Assembly: GCA_035363255.1 (NCBI GenBank) | Contig: DAOSES010000005.1 | Span: 5,436 to 69,435 of the forward strand | DNA length: 64,000 bases | Source: Caldisericia bacterium | GTDB lineage: Bacteria; Caldisericota; Caldisericia; UBA6126 | Direction: 5' to 3' | Shown here: positions 36,377 to 46,925 of the stretch, in pieces | Numbering within the stretch: the first letter of the stretch is position 1 | How the letters are laid out: each line of letters opens with the position of its first letter | Position numbers and translations under genes: made by a program | Notes under the pieces: generated by a model | The model's input: only the letters and a program-made list of their open reading frames with translations | Databases searched by the model: none | Told to the model about the DNA's origin: nothing

Positions 36377-37333
36377 ATGAAAATCCTTACCGATCTTGCT
36401 TCTTTTGCCAGATTTTATCCTGAAGCTCGAAGTGCCATATGCATTGGTAATTTTGATGGGCTTCATGCTGGGCATCAACGCATCATCACTTCGATGGTTC
36501 AAGACGCCCAGAAAGCGCATCTACTTTCCTTGGTTTTGACTTTTCAGAGCAACACACGACGATGGAAAGACACGGTTTGTCTCTTGAGCTCCTTTGACGA
36601 AAAAGTGGCTTTGATTCGAAAATGGGGAGTGGATGTCTTACTGAGCTTGCCCTTTCCAGGCTATATTGCTGCCCAATCTCCCCGTGTTTTTGTTTTGCAC
36701 GTGCTTAAAAAGCAGTTAGGGATGCAAGCTTGTTATGTGGGAGAGAATTTTCGTTTTGGAAAAGACAGAAAAGGCAATACCGATTTTTTACGCCATTTTT
36801 CTGAACGTCTTGGTTTTTGCCTGCATGCCAGTGAAATGCTTCAATGGAATGAGCAAACTATCAGTTCTTCCCTGATTAGGAGCATGATTCATCAGGGCAA
36901 GGTGGAAGAGCTCATCCCCATGCTGGGAAGACCTTATGAAATGGAAGGCTTGGTTGTCAAAGGCTATGGTCGTGGCAGACAGCTTGGTTTTCCTACTGCC
37001 AATACTCTCGCCCTGGATTCATTAAAATGCACACCCGCAGAGGGTATATATGCTACTATCAGCATCTGGGAGCATCAAGCCTTCCTGTCCCTTACTCACA
37101 TAGGACCTCAACCTACATTTCAGGGTATGAGAAGCTCGATCGAAACTCATATACTGGATTTTGACCAGCAAATCTATCAACGAAGCCTCAAATTGAGATT
37201 TCTAAAAAGACTTCGCGATATCTATTCTTTTAATACTGCCGAAGCTTTAAAACAGCAAATTCAACGTGATATAGCTCTTCTGGGCAGTTTGAAAATCAAT
37301 GAAAATTCCATTTCGACTTTTCTTCATCCGTAA
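36377..37333 (+). CDS. ribF: bifunctional riboflavin kinase / FMN adenylyltransferase
   Basis: N-terminal nucleotidyltransferase motif GNFDGLHAGHQ and a C-terminal riboflavin kinase domain. True start ATG 36377; the ORF-track start at 36176 overlaps truB and is an artifact. Confidence 0.85.
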   Translation: MKILTDLASFARFYPEARSAICIGNFDGLHAGHQRIITSMVQDAQKAHLLSLVLTFQSNTRRWKDTVCLLSSFDEKVALIRKWGVDVLLSLPFPGYIAAQSPRVFVLHVLKKQLGMQACYVGENFRFGKDRKGNTDFLRHFSERLGFCLHASEMLQWNEQTISSSLIRSMIHQGKVEELIPMLGRPYEMEGLVVKGYGRGRQLGFPTANTLALDSLKCTPAEGIYATISIWEHQAFLSLTHIGPQPTFQGMRSSIETHILDFDQQIYQRSLKLRFLKRLRDIYSFNTAEALKQQIQRDIALLGSLKINENSISTFLHP

Positions 37334-39167
37334 CAGCTCGAATTTTGTTGAGATAGTTTTCCAGCTCTTCTCCCTCAAGTACTTCTTTTTCGATGAGTAG
37401 CTGGCTGATTTCTTCTATCACTTCTTTTTTAGCTTTGATGAGGTTTTTGGCCTCTTCATAAGCAGTGCAGATGATTTTGCTAACTTCTGCATCGATGAGT
37501 TTTCCTGTTTCTTCGCTGTAGTCACGTTCTTTTGCAAAATCTCTTCCGAGAAATACTGGTCCGTGGTCTTTTCCAAAGGTGCGAGGACCCAACTCTGTGC
37601 TCATCCCGTATTTGCATACCATATCCGCAGCGATACGAGTGGAGCGAAGCAAGTCGTTTTCAGCTCCAGTGGAAACGTCTCCAAGTAGTATTTCTTCCGC
37701 AGCTCTACCCCCTAAGAGGGCAGATATGGTGTGAATCAAATCCTGGCTGGATCGTAGGTATTTGTCTTCATAGGGCACTTGTAAGGTATAGCCCAGAGCC
37801 ATGCCTCGAGAAATGATAGAAATTTTATGGACGGGTTCCTGGTCGGTAAAGTTGCGGATGACAGCAGCATGTCCGGTTTCGTGGATGGCGATGATTCTTT
37901 TTTCTTTTTCGTTAACCACCCGACTCTTTTTTTCTGGGCCAGCTATGATGCGATCGATGGAGGATTCAATATCATTCATTTCGATGTTTTGTTTGGATCT
38001 GCGGGTAGCCAGGATGGCAGCTTCATTGAGTAGGTTTTCAAGGTCGGCTCCGGTAAAACCTGCGGTTCGACGAGCTATAATGGTTAGATTGACTTCGGGA
38101 GTCATAGGTTTGTTTTTGGCATGTATCTTCAAGATTTCTTCTCGTTCAGTGCTGTTGGGCATATCCACTACTATCTGGCGGTCAAAACGGCCAGGTCTCA
38201 ATAGCGCTGGATCAAGCACATCCGGACGGTTGGTTGCTGCTATGATTATGATTCCTGCGTGAGGATCAAAGCCATCCATTTCCACTAAAAGCTGGTTGAG
38301 GGTTTGCTCACGTTCGTCATGCCCTCCACCCAGTCCAGCTCCTCTTTGACGACCTACAGCATCTATTTCATCAACAAATATAAGGGCAGGAGCAAACTTT
38401 TTAGCTTGCGCAAACAAATCTCTTACGCGAGAAGCTCCTACACCTACAAACATTTCGACAAACTCAGAACCCGAAACGCTGAAAAAAGGCACCTTGGCTT
38501 CACCAGAAATGGCTTTTGCCATCAAGGTTTTTCCACAGCCAGGAGGGCCAACCAATAAAACTCCTTTGGGCACCTTAGCTCCCATTTTGGTAAATTTCTT
38601 GGGTTCTTTTAAAAATTCGACGATTTCGAGCATTTCCTCTTTGGCTTCATGAAGACCCGCCACATCCTTGAAAGTGATTTTGGGCCCCTCTGACATAAAT
38701 AGCTTGGCGGTACTTTTTCCAAAATTGAAAACTTGCCCGCCAGCAGAGGATTGCATGGTTCGGCTGAGTAAAAACCAGAAAAAAAGAATAATTAAAATAG
38801 TGGAACCAATACTAATCACATGACCCCATATGTTGGAGGAAGGAGCAACTACTTCAAAGGGAATCTGGTGTTCCTGTAGTTTCTCCACCAAGCTGTTGCG
38901 TTGATCGGGGTAGATGACTACAGTATAGCTTTTTTCATCGGGTAAATCTCCAGTGATGCGTGTTTCGTCGATTTTAGCAGATTTGATTTGATTGCTTTCA
39001 ATGTAAGCAAGAAACTCATGGGATTTTAGGGTAAGGGGGCTTCGAGAATTTCGGCTGTCGTAAATGGATGCAAACATGATCAAAACGATCACGGGCAAGA
39101 GTATTGGAAGAATATTGAAGGAAGGCTTTTTTTTTCCTGCTGCGTTTTTTCCTTGCTTTGATTTCAT
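37296..39167 (-). CDS. ftsH: ATP-dependent zinc metalloprotease FtsH
   Basis: Two N-terminal TM helices, AAA Walker [12 protein letters not shown], and zinc motif HETGHA. Confidence 0.95.
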   Translation of the reverse strand: MKSKQGKNAAGKKKPSFNILPILLPVIVLIMFASIYDSRNSRSPLTLKSHEFLAYIESNQIKSAKIDETRITGDLPDEKSYTVVIYPDQRNSLVEKLQEHQIPFEVVAPSSNIWGHVISIGSTILIILFFWFLLSRTMQSSAGGQVFNFGKSTAKLFMSEGPKITFKDVAGLHEAKEEMLEIVEFLKEPKKFTKMGAKVPKGVLLVGPPGCGKTLMAKAISGEAKVPFFSVSGSEFVEMFVGVGASRVRDLFAQAKKFAPALIFVDEIDAVGRQRGAGLGGGHDEREQTLNQLLVEMDGFDPHAGIIIIAATNRPDVLDPALLRPGRFDRQIVVDMPNSTEREEILKIHAKNKPMTPEVNLTIIARRTAGFTGADLENLLNEAAILATRRSKQNIEMNDIESSIDRIIAGPEKKSRVVNEKEKRIIAIHETGHAAVIRNFTDQEPVHKISIISRGMALGYTLQVPYEDKYLRSSQDLIHTISALLGGRAAEEILLGDVSTGAENDLLRSTRIAADMVCKYGMSTELGPRTFGKDHGPVFLGRDFAKERDYSEETGKLIDAEVSKIICTAYEEAKNLIKAKKEVIEEISQLLIEKEVLEGEELENYLNKIRAVTDEEKSKWNFH

Positions 39168-39739
39168 TCAGTTTCTCCTTTTAGTTCCATTTCTTCAGGG
39201 ATGTAGGCAACAATTGGAAGATGTCGGTAATCTTCACAGGCGTCCATTCCATATCCCACTACAAAGTGGTTGGGCACGGTAAATCCGATGTAATCAGCTT
39301 GTATATCCACTTCTCTTCGTGAGGGTTTGTCAAGCATACTGCATATTTTGACTGATTTTGCTCCACGTTGTTCCATGATTTTTTTTAAGTAGGCAATGGT
39401 ATAGCCTGAGTCCATGATATCTTCCACCAGAATCACTGCTTTACCAAATACATCAAACTGAATGTCACGAATTATCTGAACATTTCTTGAAGTCTTGGTT
39501 TTCATTCCATAGCTCGAAGTTTGGAAAAAATCCATTTGGATGGGAAAAGGCGATAAAGCTCTACCAAGGTCTGCAAGGAAAACATAAGCACCTTTGAGGA
39601 CGCCTATTAAAATTAAGGAAGTTTCTTGCTTGTGGTCGTGAAGTATTTCTTTGGCAAGATCTTTGACTCGTGCTTGCAGTCGGGTTTCGCTGATGAGCGG
39701 AGTTAAACCCTCTGGACATGGATCTTTAATATTCTTCAT
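39164..39739 (-). CDS. hpt: hypoxanthine-guanine phosphoribosyltransferase
   Basis: PRPP-binding motif VLIVEDIMDSGYT. Conserved tilS-hpt-ftsH arrangement. Confidence 0.9.
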   Translation of the reverse strand: MKNIKDPCPEGLTPLISETRLQARVKDLAKEILHDHKQETSLILIGVLKGAYVFLADLGRALSPFPIQMDFFQTSSYGMKTKTSRNVQIIRDIQFDVFGKAVILVEDIMDSGYTIAYLKKIMEQRGAKSVKICSMLDKPSRREVDIQADYIGFTVPNHFVVGYGMDACEDYRHLPIVAYIPEEMELKGETE

Positions 39740-40755
39740 TGTGTTTTTTCCTTTTCATTCTTTTTAAAATATACCCAATTTTTCTTAGTACATATACTCC
39801 AATAGGTATCATTATAACGAAATTGGACGCTTTGGTGAATTCCCTGGCAAATACTGACCAGGGTATGATAGTAAAAGTCACGGGTATGTCCTACGCAAAC
39901 TTGTCTGGCATGGCGAATAAGTCGGTATTGATAGGCTCTGTGAAGCTCAAGATAAAGAGGTCTGCGAATTCGTATCAGAGGTTCTGGTTCAGGAGTCGCT
40001 TCCCAAAGAGGCAATTTCAGTAGTTGAAAAAAAGAATGCTTGAAACAATCCTGCTCCAGGCTCAAAATATCTTTAAAGCGAAGCAGGGAAGAGCTGATTT
40101 GGGGATTGATTTTTTTTAAAAGAGGTAGGACTGAGTTGCGCAGGAGATTTCGGGTAAAGCTGGTATCCACATTACTTTCATCCAGGCTATAGGGGTAGTT
40201 TTGAGTGTGCAGATAGTCCAGGAGGGTTTCCTTGTCAAAATCAAGCAAGGGCCGGAGAATACGTCGATTGGGTTCGAAGGGGGGGAGGAGATTTGCTAAT
40301 TTTTCCGGACTGGTGCCACGAATCAGGTTGAACAACATGGTTTCAAGCAAATCGTCCTTGGTATGCCCTACCCCAAGAGCATCGAGATGGTAGGTGGACA
40401 TGATCTTGAAAAAAAATTCATATCGCTTGTTCCGCGCTTTTTCCTCCAAGCCAGTTCCTCGAACCTCTTCCCATTCTTTGCTCGTGACCTTGATGCAATG
40501 AAGGGGGATCTGAAGTTCAGCGCAACATTTTCTGACTAGAGCTTCTTCCTGATCGGAGGCAGGTCCTCTAAATTGGTGGTTGAGATGAGCCACATGCAAA
40601 CTTATGGGAACCACATGACTGCTTTCATAAAACAAATGCAGAAGAGCCATGGAATCAGGACCCCCACTTACGGCAAGCAGGATGGAGCCTATCCCCTGAG
40701 TATGCACTTGCTGAAGCAAAAGGCTTTGAAAATGTTTGAGGATAGTAGCAGACAT
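39736..40755 (-). CDS. tilS: tRNA(Ile)-lysidine synthetase
   Basis: PP-loop SGGPDSMAL. The length fits a short TilS. Confidence 0.85.
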   Translation of the reverse strand: MSATILKHFQSLLLQQVHTQGIGSILLAVSGGPDSMALLHLFYESSHVVPISLHVAHLNHQFRGPASDQEEALVRKCCAELQIPLHCIKVTSKEWEEVRGTGLEEKARNKRYEFFFKIMSTYHLDALGVGHTKDDLLETMLFNLIRGTSPEKLANLLPPFEPNRRILRPLLDFDKETLLDYLHTQNYPYSLDESNVDTSFTRNLLRNSVLPLLKKINPQISSSLLRFKDILSLEQDCFKHSFFQLLKLPLWEATPEPEPLIRIRRPLYLELHRAYQYRLIRHARQVCVGHTRDFYYHTLVSICQGIHQSVQFRYNDTYWSICTKKNWVYFKKNEKEKTQ

Positions 40756-40762
40756 TTTAACC

Positions 40763-40836
40763 TGGCGGCACAGGGATTTGAACCCCGGACACTACGGGTA
40801 TGAGCCGTATGCTCTGACCAACTGAGCTATGCCGCC
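40763..40836 (-). tRNA. tRNA with CAT anticodon (elongator tRNA-Met or tRNA-Ile2 lysidine substrate)
   Basis: Minus-strand sequence GGCGGCATAGCTCAGTTGGTCAGAGCATACGGCTCATACCCGTAGTGTCCGGGGTTCAAATCCCTGTGCCGCCA folds as a cloverleaf with anticodon loop CTCATAC. G1:C72 is paired, so it is not an initiator tRNA. CCA is not encoded. Confidence 0.85.
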
Positions 40837-40847
40837 ATGACATATGA

Positions 40848-41159
40848 TTATTTTTCAACGGGAAGTATTATAACATATTCTCCGTCTTTGACCATATCCA
40901 TCTGACGTGCCATGATTTCAAGGAAATCCGGAGCTTTTGTTAGATTAATTTCTTCCTGTATTTTTTCAATTTCTTGAAGCAAACGATTGTTTTCTTTTTC
41001 TACTCTGTGATAGACAAACTCAAGTCGAATATATTTGAAAGCGGTATTCAAGATAAGCATGGAGATAAATAGCAGAACCATGTTCATAAAGAAAATGGCT
41101 GGTTTGAAAACTTTTACTTTTTTCTTTTTTGAAGAATGCTGGCTACTAATATTTCGCAT
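40848..41159 (-). CDS. FtsB/DivIC-like septum formation initiator (small TM + coiled-coil protein)
   Basis: 103 aa. Lys-rich N-terminus, TM helix IFFMNMVLLFISMLILN, then a coiled coil (KENNRLLQEIEKIQEEINLTK). Confidence 0.5.
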   Translation of the reverse strand: MRNISSQHSSKKKKVKVFKPAIFFMNMVLLFISMLILNTAFKYIRLEFVYHRVEKENNRLLQEIEKIQEEINLTKAPDFLEIMARQMDMVKDGEYVIILPVEK

Positions 41160-41707
41160 TCAGGTAAAACTCCATGTTCTTTTTGATATTCACGTATTTC
41201 ATGATCTGCTTCAGATGCGCTGAGACCAATATCCATCAACCAGACTCTGGTTTCCGCCCAGCTATCTGAGGCTCCTTCCTCAAGGGGTAAGTCTTCTTCT
41301 GTCAACTCGTATTTTTTCATTTTTGAAGATAAATAGGGAATCATTTTCTTTGCACTGTTTTGCCCAATCCCAGGAACAGAAGTCAAGACATCAATCTGCT
41401 CTGATATCACGGCTCGAGCAAGCTCAGCTGGAGTGAGTTGACGCAAGACCTGCATGGCTGTTTTGGGTCCAATGCCCGGGGCTTCAGTCAACCATTCAAA
41501 ACACTTGCTTTCAATTTCTTTAAAAAAACCATACAAAACCATCTGTTCTTCTTTAATGCGCAATAAAGTATGCACAAAAACCGAAGACCCAGGGATGGCA
41601 GGACCAGGATCAGCCATAATAATCTTAAAAAACAAACCCGAAGGGCTTTCCAGTATCACATAGTCTTCGCCTTTTTGATAAATGGTGCCCTTAACAGCGT
41701 GAAGCAT
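41114..41707 (-). CDS. ruvA: Holliday junction DNA helicase RuvA
   Basis: Starts MLHAVKGTIYQKGEDYVILESPSGLFFKI (RuvA domain I), followed by HhH motifs (GIGPKTA, VPGIGQNSAKK). The 68-aa N-terminal extension in the ORF track is an artifact. Confidence 0.85.
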   Translation of the reverse strand: MLHAVKGTIYQKGEDYVILESPSGLFFKIIMADPGPAIPGSSVFVHTLLRIKEEQMVLYGFFKEIESKCFEWLTEAPGIGPKTAMQVLRQLTPAELARAVISEQIDVLTSVPGIGQNSAKKMIPYLSSKMKKYELTEEDLPLEEGASDSWAETRVWLMDIGLSASEADHEIREYQKEHGVLPECEILVASILQKRKK

Positions 41708-42230
41708 ATTCCGGCCCTCCGTCAGAGAGATGATAGCACAAAGCAACAGCCACTGCATCACAAGCATCATCAGAAGCAGGTAGGGAGTGCCCCAGCATGC
41801 CCTCTGCCACCAACTGAACCTCATGTTTGCTTGCTTGACCATACATGGTGAGGGTTTTCTTAATCTCCAGAGGAGTATATTGAAAAACCTGGATATCTTG
41901 AAGCGCACCAAATAGCATCAAAACTCCTCTGACAGCTTCAATACTTAGAGCAGTTTTTGCGTTTTTGCTAAAAAAAACTTTTTCCATGGCGACACAGCGA
42001 AAAGAATATTTTTGGCTTAATTGTTGTAAAAACTCAAATATAAGTTTGAGACGGTATTCGAGGGCTTGGGGGGTGGTAGTAAACACCCCCGCATCCAAAA
42101 CTGACAACTGACCCTCGTCTTCACACAAGCAGGCAAAACCCAGACGCGCAACGCCTGGATCAAGCCCAAGGATTAGTTTTTTTGACTCCGATGACTTAGT
42201 TGCTATTGTAGAAGGCTTCGATTTCTTCAT
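41691..42230 (-). CDS. ruvC: crossover junction endodeoxyribonuclease RuvC
   Basis: ILGLDPGVARLGFA catalytic N-terminus, RNase H-like fold. Start uncertain: no ATG follows the yebC stop, so the ATG at 42230 or a non-ATG start is possible. Confidence 0.75.
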   Translation of the reverse strand: MKKSKPSTIATKSSESKKLILGLDPGVARLGFACLCEDEGQLSVLDAGVFTTTPQALEYRLKLIFEFLQQLSQKYSFRCVAMEKVFFSKNAKTALSIEAVRGVLMLFGALQDIQVFQYTPLEIKKTLTMYGQASKHEVQLVAEGMLGHSLPASDDACDAVAVALCYHLSDGGPEYASRC

Positions 42231-42951
42231 CGGAGATATCGAAGTTGGCAAAAACTTCATCGACATCATCATGGTCTTCCAGGTCGGAGATGAGCTTCAG
42301 CATTCTGATTGCTTCGTCCCCTGTAAGTTTAACGGTGGTGGTGGGTACTTTGACTTGGTCAACCGACTCGGTTTCTATTTTCTTTTCGTCAAGGATATCT
42401 TTTGCTTTGTAGAGATCGGTGGGTCCAACAATCAAAGCAAACTGCTCCCCTTCTTGTTGAACATCCTGAGCTTCTACCAAACCAGCGATGTCATAGGCTT
42501 CGTCTTCAGTCATAGAGTTTTTTAGTACAATCTTTCCTACAGGATTGAACATCCAGGCGACGCAACCTTGTTCTCCCATGTTTCCACCAAATTTGCTGAA
42601 AACTTTGCGAATCTCTGCGCTGGTACGGTTCTTGTTGTCGGAAGTGACATCGACTAAAATGGCTACTCCATTGGGGCCATAACCTTCGTAGGTGAGTTCT
42701 TCAATGACGGTTCCGTCCTGAAGCTCTCCCGTACCCCTCATTAAAGCTCGTTTGATGTTGTCGTTGGGCATACCCGCAGCTTTTGCCTTTTCGATAGCAG
42801 TACGCAGACGCGGATTACTATCTGGGCTCCCGCCTCCAACTCTTGCAGCAATGGTAACTTCTTTGCCTACCTTGGTAAATATTTTACCTCTTTTGGCATC
42901 CTCTGCCTGTTTTTTTCCTTTAATATTGTGCCATTTGGAATGACCTGACAT
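42196..42951 (-). CDS. yebC: YebC/PmpR-family transcriptional regulator
   Basis: MSGHSKWHNIKGKK N-terminus, diagnostic of the family. Confidence 0.9.
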   Translation of the reverse strand: MSGHSKWHNIKGKKQAEDAKRGKIFTKVGKEVTIAARVGGGSPDSNPRLRTAIEKAKAAGMPNDNIKRALMRGTGELQDGTVIEELTYEGYGPNGVAILVDVTSDNKNRTSAEIRKVFSKFGGNMGEQGCVAWMFNPVGKIVLKNSMTEDEAYDIAGLVEAQDVQQEGEQFALIVGPTDLYKAKDILDEKKIETESVDQVKVPTTTVKLTGDEAIRMLKLISDLEDHDDVDEVFANFDISDEEIEAFYNSN

Positions 42952-42972
42952 ATTGTTTTTCCTCCTTATTCC

Positions 42973-43545
42973 TTACTTATATATAGCATTTATAAACATT
43001 TGATGAATTCGTGTATCCTTGGTAAGCTCGGGGTGGAAAGTCAAACCCCAGACATTGCGGTCAATCACCCATACAGGGTGGCCAGCTTTGTCTCTGGCGA
43101 GAATTTTCACTTCCTGACCCACCGACTGAATAAGGGGGGCTCGTATGAAAACTGCTCGAAACGTTTCCTTAAAGCTCTCAATTGCAACCTCCTCACAAAA
43201 GCTATCATATTGTGGCCCATAGCCATTTCGTTGAACACTGATGCGCAATAAGCCCATCGAAAGTTGATTTTCACGATCAACCTTTTCTGCTAATATGATA
43301 ATACCTGCACAAGTAGCCAAAACAGGCAAACCATCTTTGATTTTCTCTTTGAGGGGCTCATACAAGCCCGTAGTTTGGAGAAGTTTTAAAAAAGTGGTAC
43401 TTTCTCCCCCGGGAATAATGAGTCCATCAATCTTGTCGAGTTCACTGGCTTGTTTTATGCGAAGGGTGGAACAGCCAAGATCATGCATCATTTGTTCATG
43501 TTCTTCGACCGAACCTTGAAAGCCAAGAACACCAAAAAGTTTCAC
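42973..43545 (-). CDS. pdxT: pyridoxal 5'-phosphate synthase glutaminase subunit
   Basis: Class I glutamine amidotransferase, with GxCAG catalytic Cys (ATCAGII) and His near the C-terminus. Confidence 0.9.
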   Translation of the reverse strand: MKLFGVLGFQGSVEEHEQMMHDLGCSTLRIKQASELDKIDGLIIPGGESTTFLKLLQTTGLYEPLKEKIKDGLPVLATCAGIIILAEKVDRENQLSMGLLRISVQRNGYGPQYDSFCEEVAIESFKETFRAVFIRAPLIQSVGQEVKILARDKAGHPVWVIDRNVWGLTFHPELTKDTRIHQMFINAIYK

Positions 43546-43549
43546 AGCG

Positions 43550-44446
43550 CTAAATACCTCGTTTAGCGGTTTTTTCCTGTTCTGAAAGGCTTTGAACGCT
43601 TTGACCTTTCATGGGGTCTCCCATACCTTCAGAAACTTTGGCAATTAGTTCGGGATCATTCCAATGAGCTACAGCCTGCACAATGGCTTTAGCGGTTTTT
43701 TCGGGATTGGAGGACTTGAAGACTCCCGACCCTACGAAGACTCCATCCGAACCAAGCAACATCATTAAGGCAGCATCAGAAGGAGTAGCCACTCCACCAG
43801 CAGCGAAATTGACCACAGGAAGCTTCCCGCTGAGTTTGATTTCCTGTAAAAGCTGAATGGGCACCATCAGACGTTTGGCTTCGGTAAACAACTCGTCTTC
43901 TTGCATGTGCACCACTTTACGAATCTCCGATTGTACTCGACGCATATGACGAACCGCTTCCACGATATCGCCTGTGCCAGCTTCGCCTTTGGTACGGATC
44001 ATGGCAGCACCCTCGGAAATTCTTCGGAGGGCTTCACCCAGATCTCTGCAACCACAAACAAAAGGGATGCGAAACTTGCTTTTGTCGATATGGTTTTCTT
44101 CGTCGGCGGGGGTTAATACTTCGCTCTCGTCAATGTAGTCCACTTTGAGTGCTTGAAGGACTTGAGCTTCCACAATATGACCGATACGGCATTTTGCCAT
44201 AACGGGGATGGATACTGCCTGTTGAATCTCTTTAATTTTGATGGGATCAGTCATACGGGCTACCCCACCCATGGCTCGGATGTCAGAGGGTACCCGTTCC
44301 AGAGCCATAACAGCCACTGCTCCGGCTGACTCAGCAATAAGCGCTTGCTCAGCAGTAGTAACATCCATGATGACTCCGCCTTTTAGCATTTGAGCTAATC
44401 CGCGTTGAGTTGTAATTAAATCTTTATCCAATTTTTTCACCACCAT
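43550..44446 (-). CDS. pdxS: pyridoxal 5'-phosphate synthase lyase subunit
   Basis: Highly conserved PdxS/SNZ sequence (GGVIMDV...AVMALERVP...). Confidence 0.95.
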   Translation of the reverse strand: MVVKKLDKDLITTQRGLAQMLKGGVIMDVTTAEQALIAESAGAVAVMALERVPSDIRAMGGVARMTDPIKIKEIQQAVSIPVMAKCRIGHIVEAQVLQALKVDYIDESEVLTPADEENHIDKSKFRIPFVCGCRDLGEALRRISEGAAMIRTKGEAGTGDIVEAVRHMRRVQSEIRKVVHMQEDELFTEAKRLMVPIQLLQEIKLSGKLPVVNFAAGGVATPSDAALMMLLGSDGVFVGSGVFKSSNPEKTAKAIVQAVAHWNDPELIAKVSEGMGDPMKGQSVQSLSEQEKTAKRGI

Positions 44447-44509
44447 ATATATTTCTTAGCTTAACCATAAAATTATAATGCGTTTTTTTAAAAAAACAGG
44501 TTTTTTTGC

Positions 44510-46036
44510 TTAGAGCCTAAAAGAGTCATCGGGAGTTTTAAGCCATTGTAGAATAAATTCCTCCGCCTCTTTTCGGTTGTTGACTTGTTTTAAATGTTGA
44601 GCTTCAAGCAGAGAGGATAGAATTTTGCCTACCTGGGGAGAGGGTTCAATTCCAAGCAAGTTCATGATTCCATTGCCATCCATCAGGGGAGTGATTTTTT
44701 TTAAGTCTTCTCTAAATCCGTAATCCAACATTTCACCAAGAAAAGCTTCATATTGATACAGGGTTCCCATGGGGATACGTTTGGTGGCATATGCATCCGC
44801 AAGTGCCAATAGCAAGAGCAGAATACCTTCGTCGCCCAGATCTCTGAAAAAACGATATTTGGCTCGATCAGTAATTTCTTCTGAGTTCGATAATTGGTGA
44901 GGGCGCATGTGTTCCAATATTAAATGTTCTATACGCTCAATTTCTTTGTTGGCAAGCTTTAATTCTTTAAGGAAAAATTGAGCTTTTTCAGCTCCGTTTT
45001 CTTCGTGATGAAAAAAACGCAAACGTTCATTTTCGATGCTCAGAGTGTCGGGTTTGCCAATGTCATGCAAAAGACTTGACAATTTAAGCAAAACTTCGTT
45101 GCTATGTTCTGTGGATAGGGTTTGGTCCAACAATTCAATAAGTTTTTCGCTGTGAGGGAAATCGTGTTTTCGGATGCGTAGAATGATTTGTTCAAGATAT
45201 TGCAGAGTTTCGAGGGTATGTCTTCGCACTTGAAGGTCGGAGGTATAGGCTTCATCCATCGAGCGAAAGCTTTCAATAAATGGAAATACCACTGAGAGCA
45301 GGGAGCTCTTGTCCATCAGTTGAAGCCAGTCATAACTGTCAGGAAAGGCAAGAATTTTCAGCCATTCATCTCGAATGCGTTCTCCTGAAACCTTATACAG
45401 AAGCTCCTTGTGTGCGTAAATTTGTTCCTGGGTAAAATCGTCGATAAAGCCTTCGATTTCTCCTGCAAGACGATACGCCCTTAAGAGGCGCAGTGGATCA
45501 TCCTGAAAGGAGGAGGGATTGTGTATCCTTATCTTGCGCATTCGAAGATCTTCAATACCCTGGAAATAGTCGAGAACAGGCATACGAGTTTCTCCTCGAC
45601 TCAAAACCCTGAGAAAATTATCGAGAGGAAGACAAAGAGCATCAATGCTAAAATCTCTTAAAAACAAATCATCTATCAGTTCCTCTCCTCGTATCCCATT
45701 AATATCAATCTGGGCTTGATCTGTGGAGATTCGGTAGGTGGCTCTTTCAGCGTCAAGTTCAAAAAAGGAATGGTTCAGGGAATGGGCAAGATGTTCCGCC
45801 ACGATTTTGGAATCCGACAGGGGATCTACCAGCAAATCCATATCAAAGCATTTTTTGTGAATTCCTAAAAGAGCATTCCTCAAGGCTCCACCTACAATAT
45901 AGATCTGTGTAGTGGGGACCTTGTTCAGCAAGCTCTCGAGAGCTTTTATCCAGGACAAGCGCTCCAAGTGGGAAGATAAGACCATAAGCTCAACGTTTTT
46001 CTCATTCGTCATAGTCCTGCACCCAACCTTTCTCAA
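44510..46036 (-). CDS. cca: CCA-adding tRNA nucleotidyltransferase (poly(A) polymerase head + HD domain)
   Basis: Nucleotidyltransferase motif YIVGGALRNALLG..DMDL and HD motif LLHDIGKP. Start may be the downstream ATG (MTNEKN). Confidence 0.8.
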   Translation of the reverse strand: MRKVGCRTMTNEKNVELMVLSSHLERLSWIKALESLLNKVPTTQIYIVGGALRNALLGIHKKCFDMDLLVDPLSDSKIVAEHLAHSLNHSFFELDAERATYRISTDQAQIDINGIRGEELIDDLFLRDFSIDALCLPLDNFLRVLSRGETRMPVLDYFQGIEDLRMRKIRIHNPSSFQDDPLRLLRAYRLAGEIEGFIDDFTQEQIYAHKELLYKVSGERIRDEWLKILAFPDSYDWLQLMDKSSLLSVVFPFIESFRSMDEAYTSDLQVRRHTLETLQYLEQIILRIRKHDFPHSEKLIELLDQTLSTEHSNEVLLKLSSLLHDIGKPDTLSIENERLRFFHHEENGAEKAQFFLKELKLANKEIERIEHLILEHMRPHQLSNSEEITDRAKYRFFRDLGDEGILLLLLALADAYATKRIPMGTLYQYEAFLGEMLDYGFREDLKKITPLMDGNGIMNLLGIEPSPQVGKILSSLLEAQHLKQVNNRKEAEEFILQWLKTPDDSFRL

Positions 46037-46925
46037 AGCCGCAAGCTTCCAATGCCTCCACCGCTTGTTGATACTCTTCTCGTAAAAGTTTTCTTCGCAT
46101 ATAGGGGTGCTGAAAAGCTTGGTAAGCTGGGAAGTATTGACTCATCAGACTCACATATACTTCCGATCCCAACAAAGCTTTGAGTTGGTGGATCACTGCA
46201 ACAGTTTCTGAGGTATAGTGAGGTAAAATGAGTATGCGGACAATCATTCCTTTTTGCAAGATTTCTTCCGAATCAAACAGCTCATAGGGAAGTTGTTTTC
46301 GACAAGCTTGGAGCACCGCAACATTACGGGCATGATAGGATCTTGCTCCAGACAACTCTTTTGCAGTTTCATCGCTAAAATAGCGACTATCCACCAAATA
46401 TCCATCAACAAAATAGGAAAACCAGCGTAAAGCTCGGTCGCTTTCCCATCCGGAGGTATTGTAGATGACAGGGATGCGCAAGCCCTGCTCTCGGGCTATC
46501 AGAAGAGCACGGAAGGCGGAAGGTAGAAATTGGGTGGCAGTCACCCAATTTAGATTGTGTGCTCCTTCTTTTTGCAGTTTCAGCATTCGAGTGGCAAGGT
46601 CTTCATCGCTCAAGATCTGACCATGATGAAGTTGGGACAAGGGGTAATTTTGACAATAAAGGCATGAGAGAGTGCAATGAGAAAAAAATAGGGTGCCTGA
46701 GCCACGGGTGCCAGTAATGGGAGGCTCTTCTCCCCAATGAAGAGATGCGCTTCCCAGTTTAACTTGATCACTTGCGCGGCAAACCCCCAACGCTCCTTGC
46801 TTTCGATTAACTTTGCATTCATGGGGGCAAAGACGGCAAGAGGAATACTCCTCAGCCATCTCCTCAGCTATTAAGTTTAGCTCCGAAGCGCTATATTGCA
46901 GGTAGAAGGGCTCAGGGAAGAGCAA
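46002..46925 (-). CDS. radical SAM protein, PflX-like (COG1313 family, homolog of pyruvate formate-lyase activating enzymes)
   Basis: N-terminal Cys cluster CRLCPHECKVNR..GALGVC and radical-SAM CxxxCxxC (CTLSCLYCQNY). Confidence 0.7.
   Translation of the reverse strand: MLFPEPFYLQYSASELNLIAEEMAEEYSSCRLCPHECKVNRKQGALGVCRASDQVKLGSASLHWGEEPPITGTRGSGTLFFSHCTLSCLYCQNYPLSQLHHGQILSDEDLATRMLKLQKEGAHNLNWVTATQFLPSAFRALLIAREQGLRIPVIYNTSGWESDRALRWFSYFVDGYLVDSRYFSDETAKELSGARSYHARNVAVLQACRKQLPYELFDSEEILQKGMIVRILILPHYTSETVAVIHQLKALLGSEVYVSLMSQYFPAYQAFQHPYMRRKLLREEYQQAVEALEACGFEKGWVQDYDE

Noticed and set aside
41708-41911. 68-aa N-terminal extension of ruvA in the ORF track
   Set aside because: The canonical RuvA N-terminus (MLHAVKGTIYQKGEDYVIL) starts at 41707. 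The extension overlaps ruvC coding sequence.
44447-44509. A/T-rich palindrome (GTTTTTTT/AAAAAAAC) and ATTATAAT between cca and pdxS
   Set aside because: It could be a weak terminator or the pdxS -10 element. It is pure A/T pairing and too ambiguous to call.
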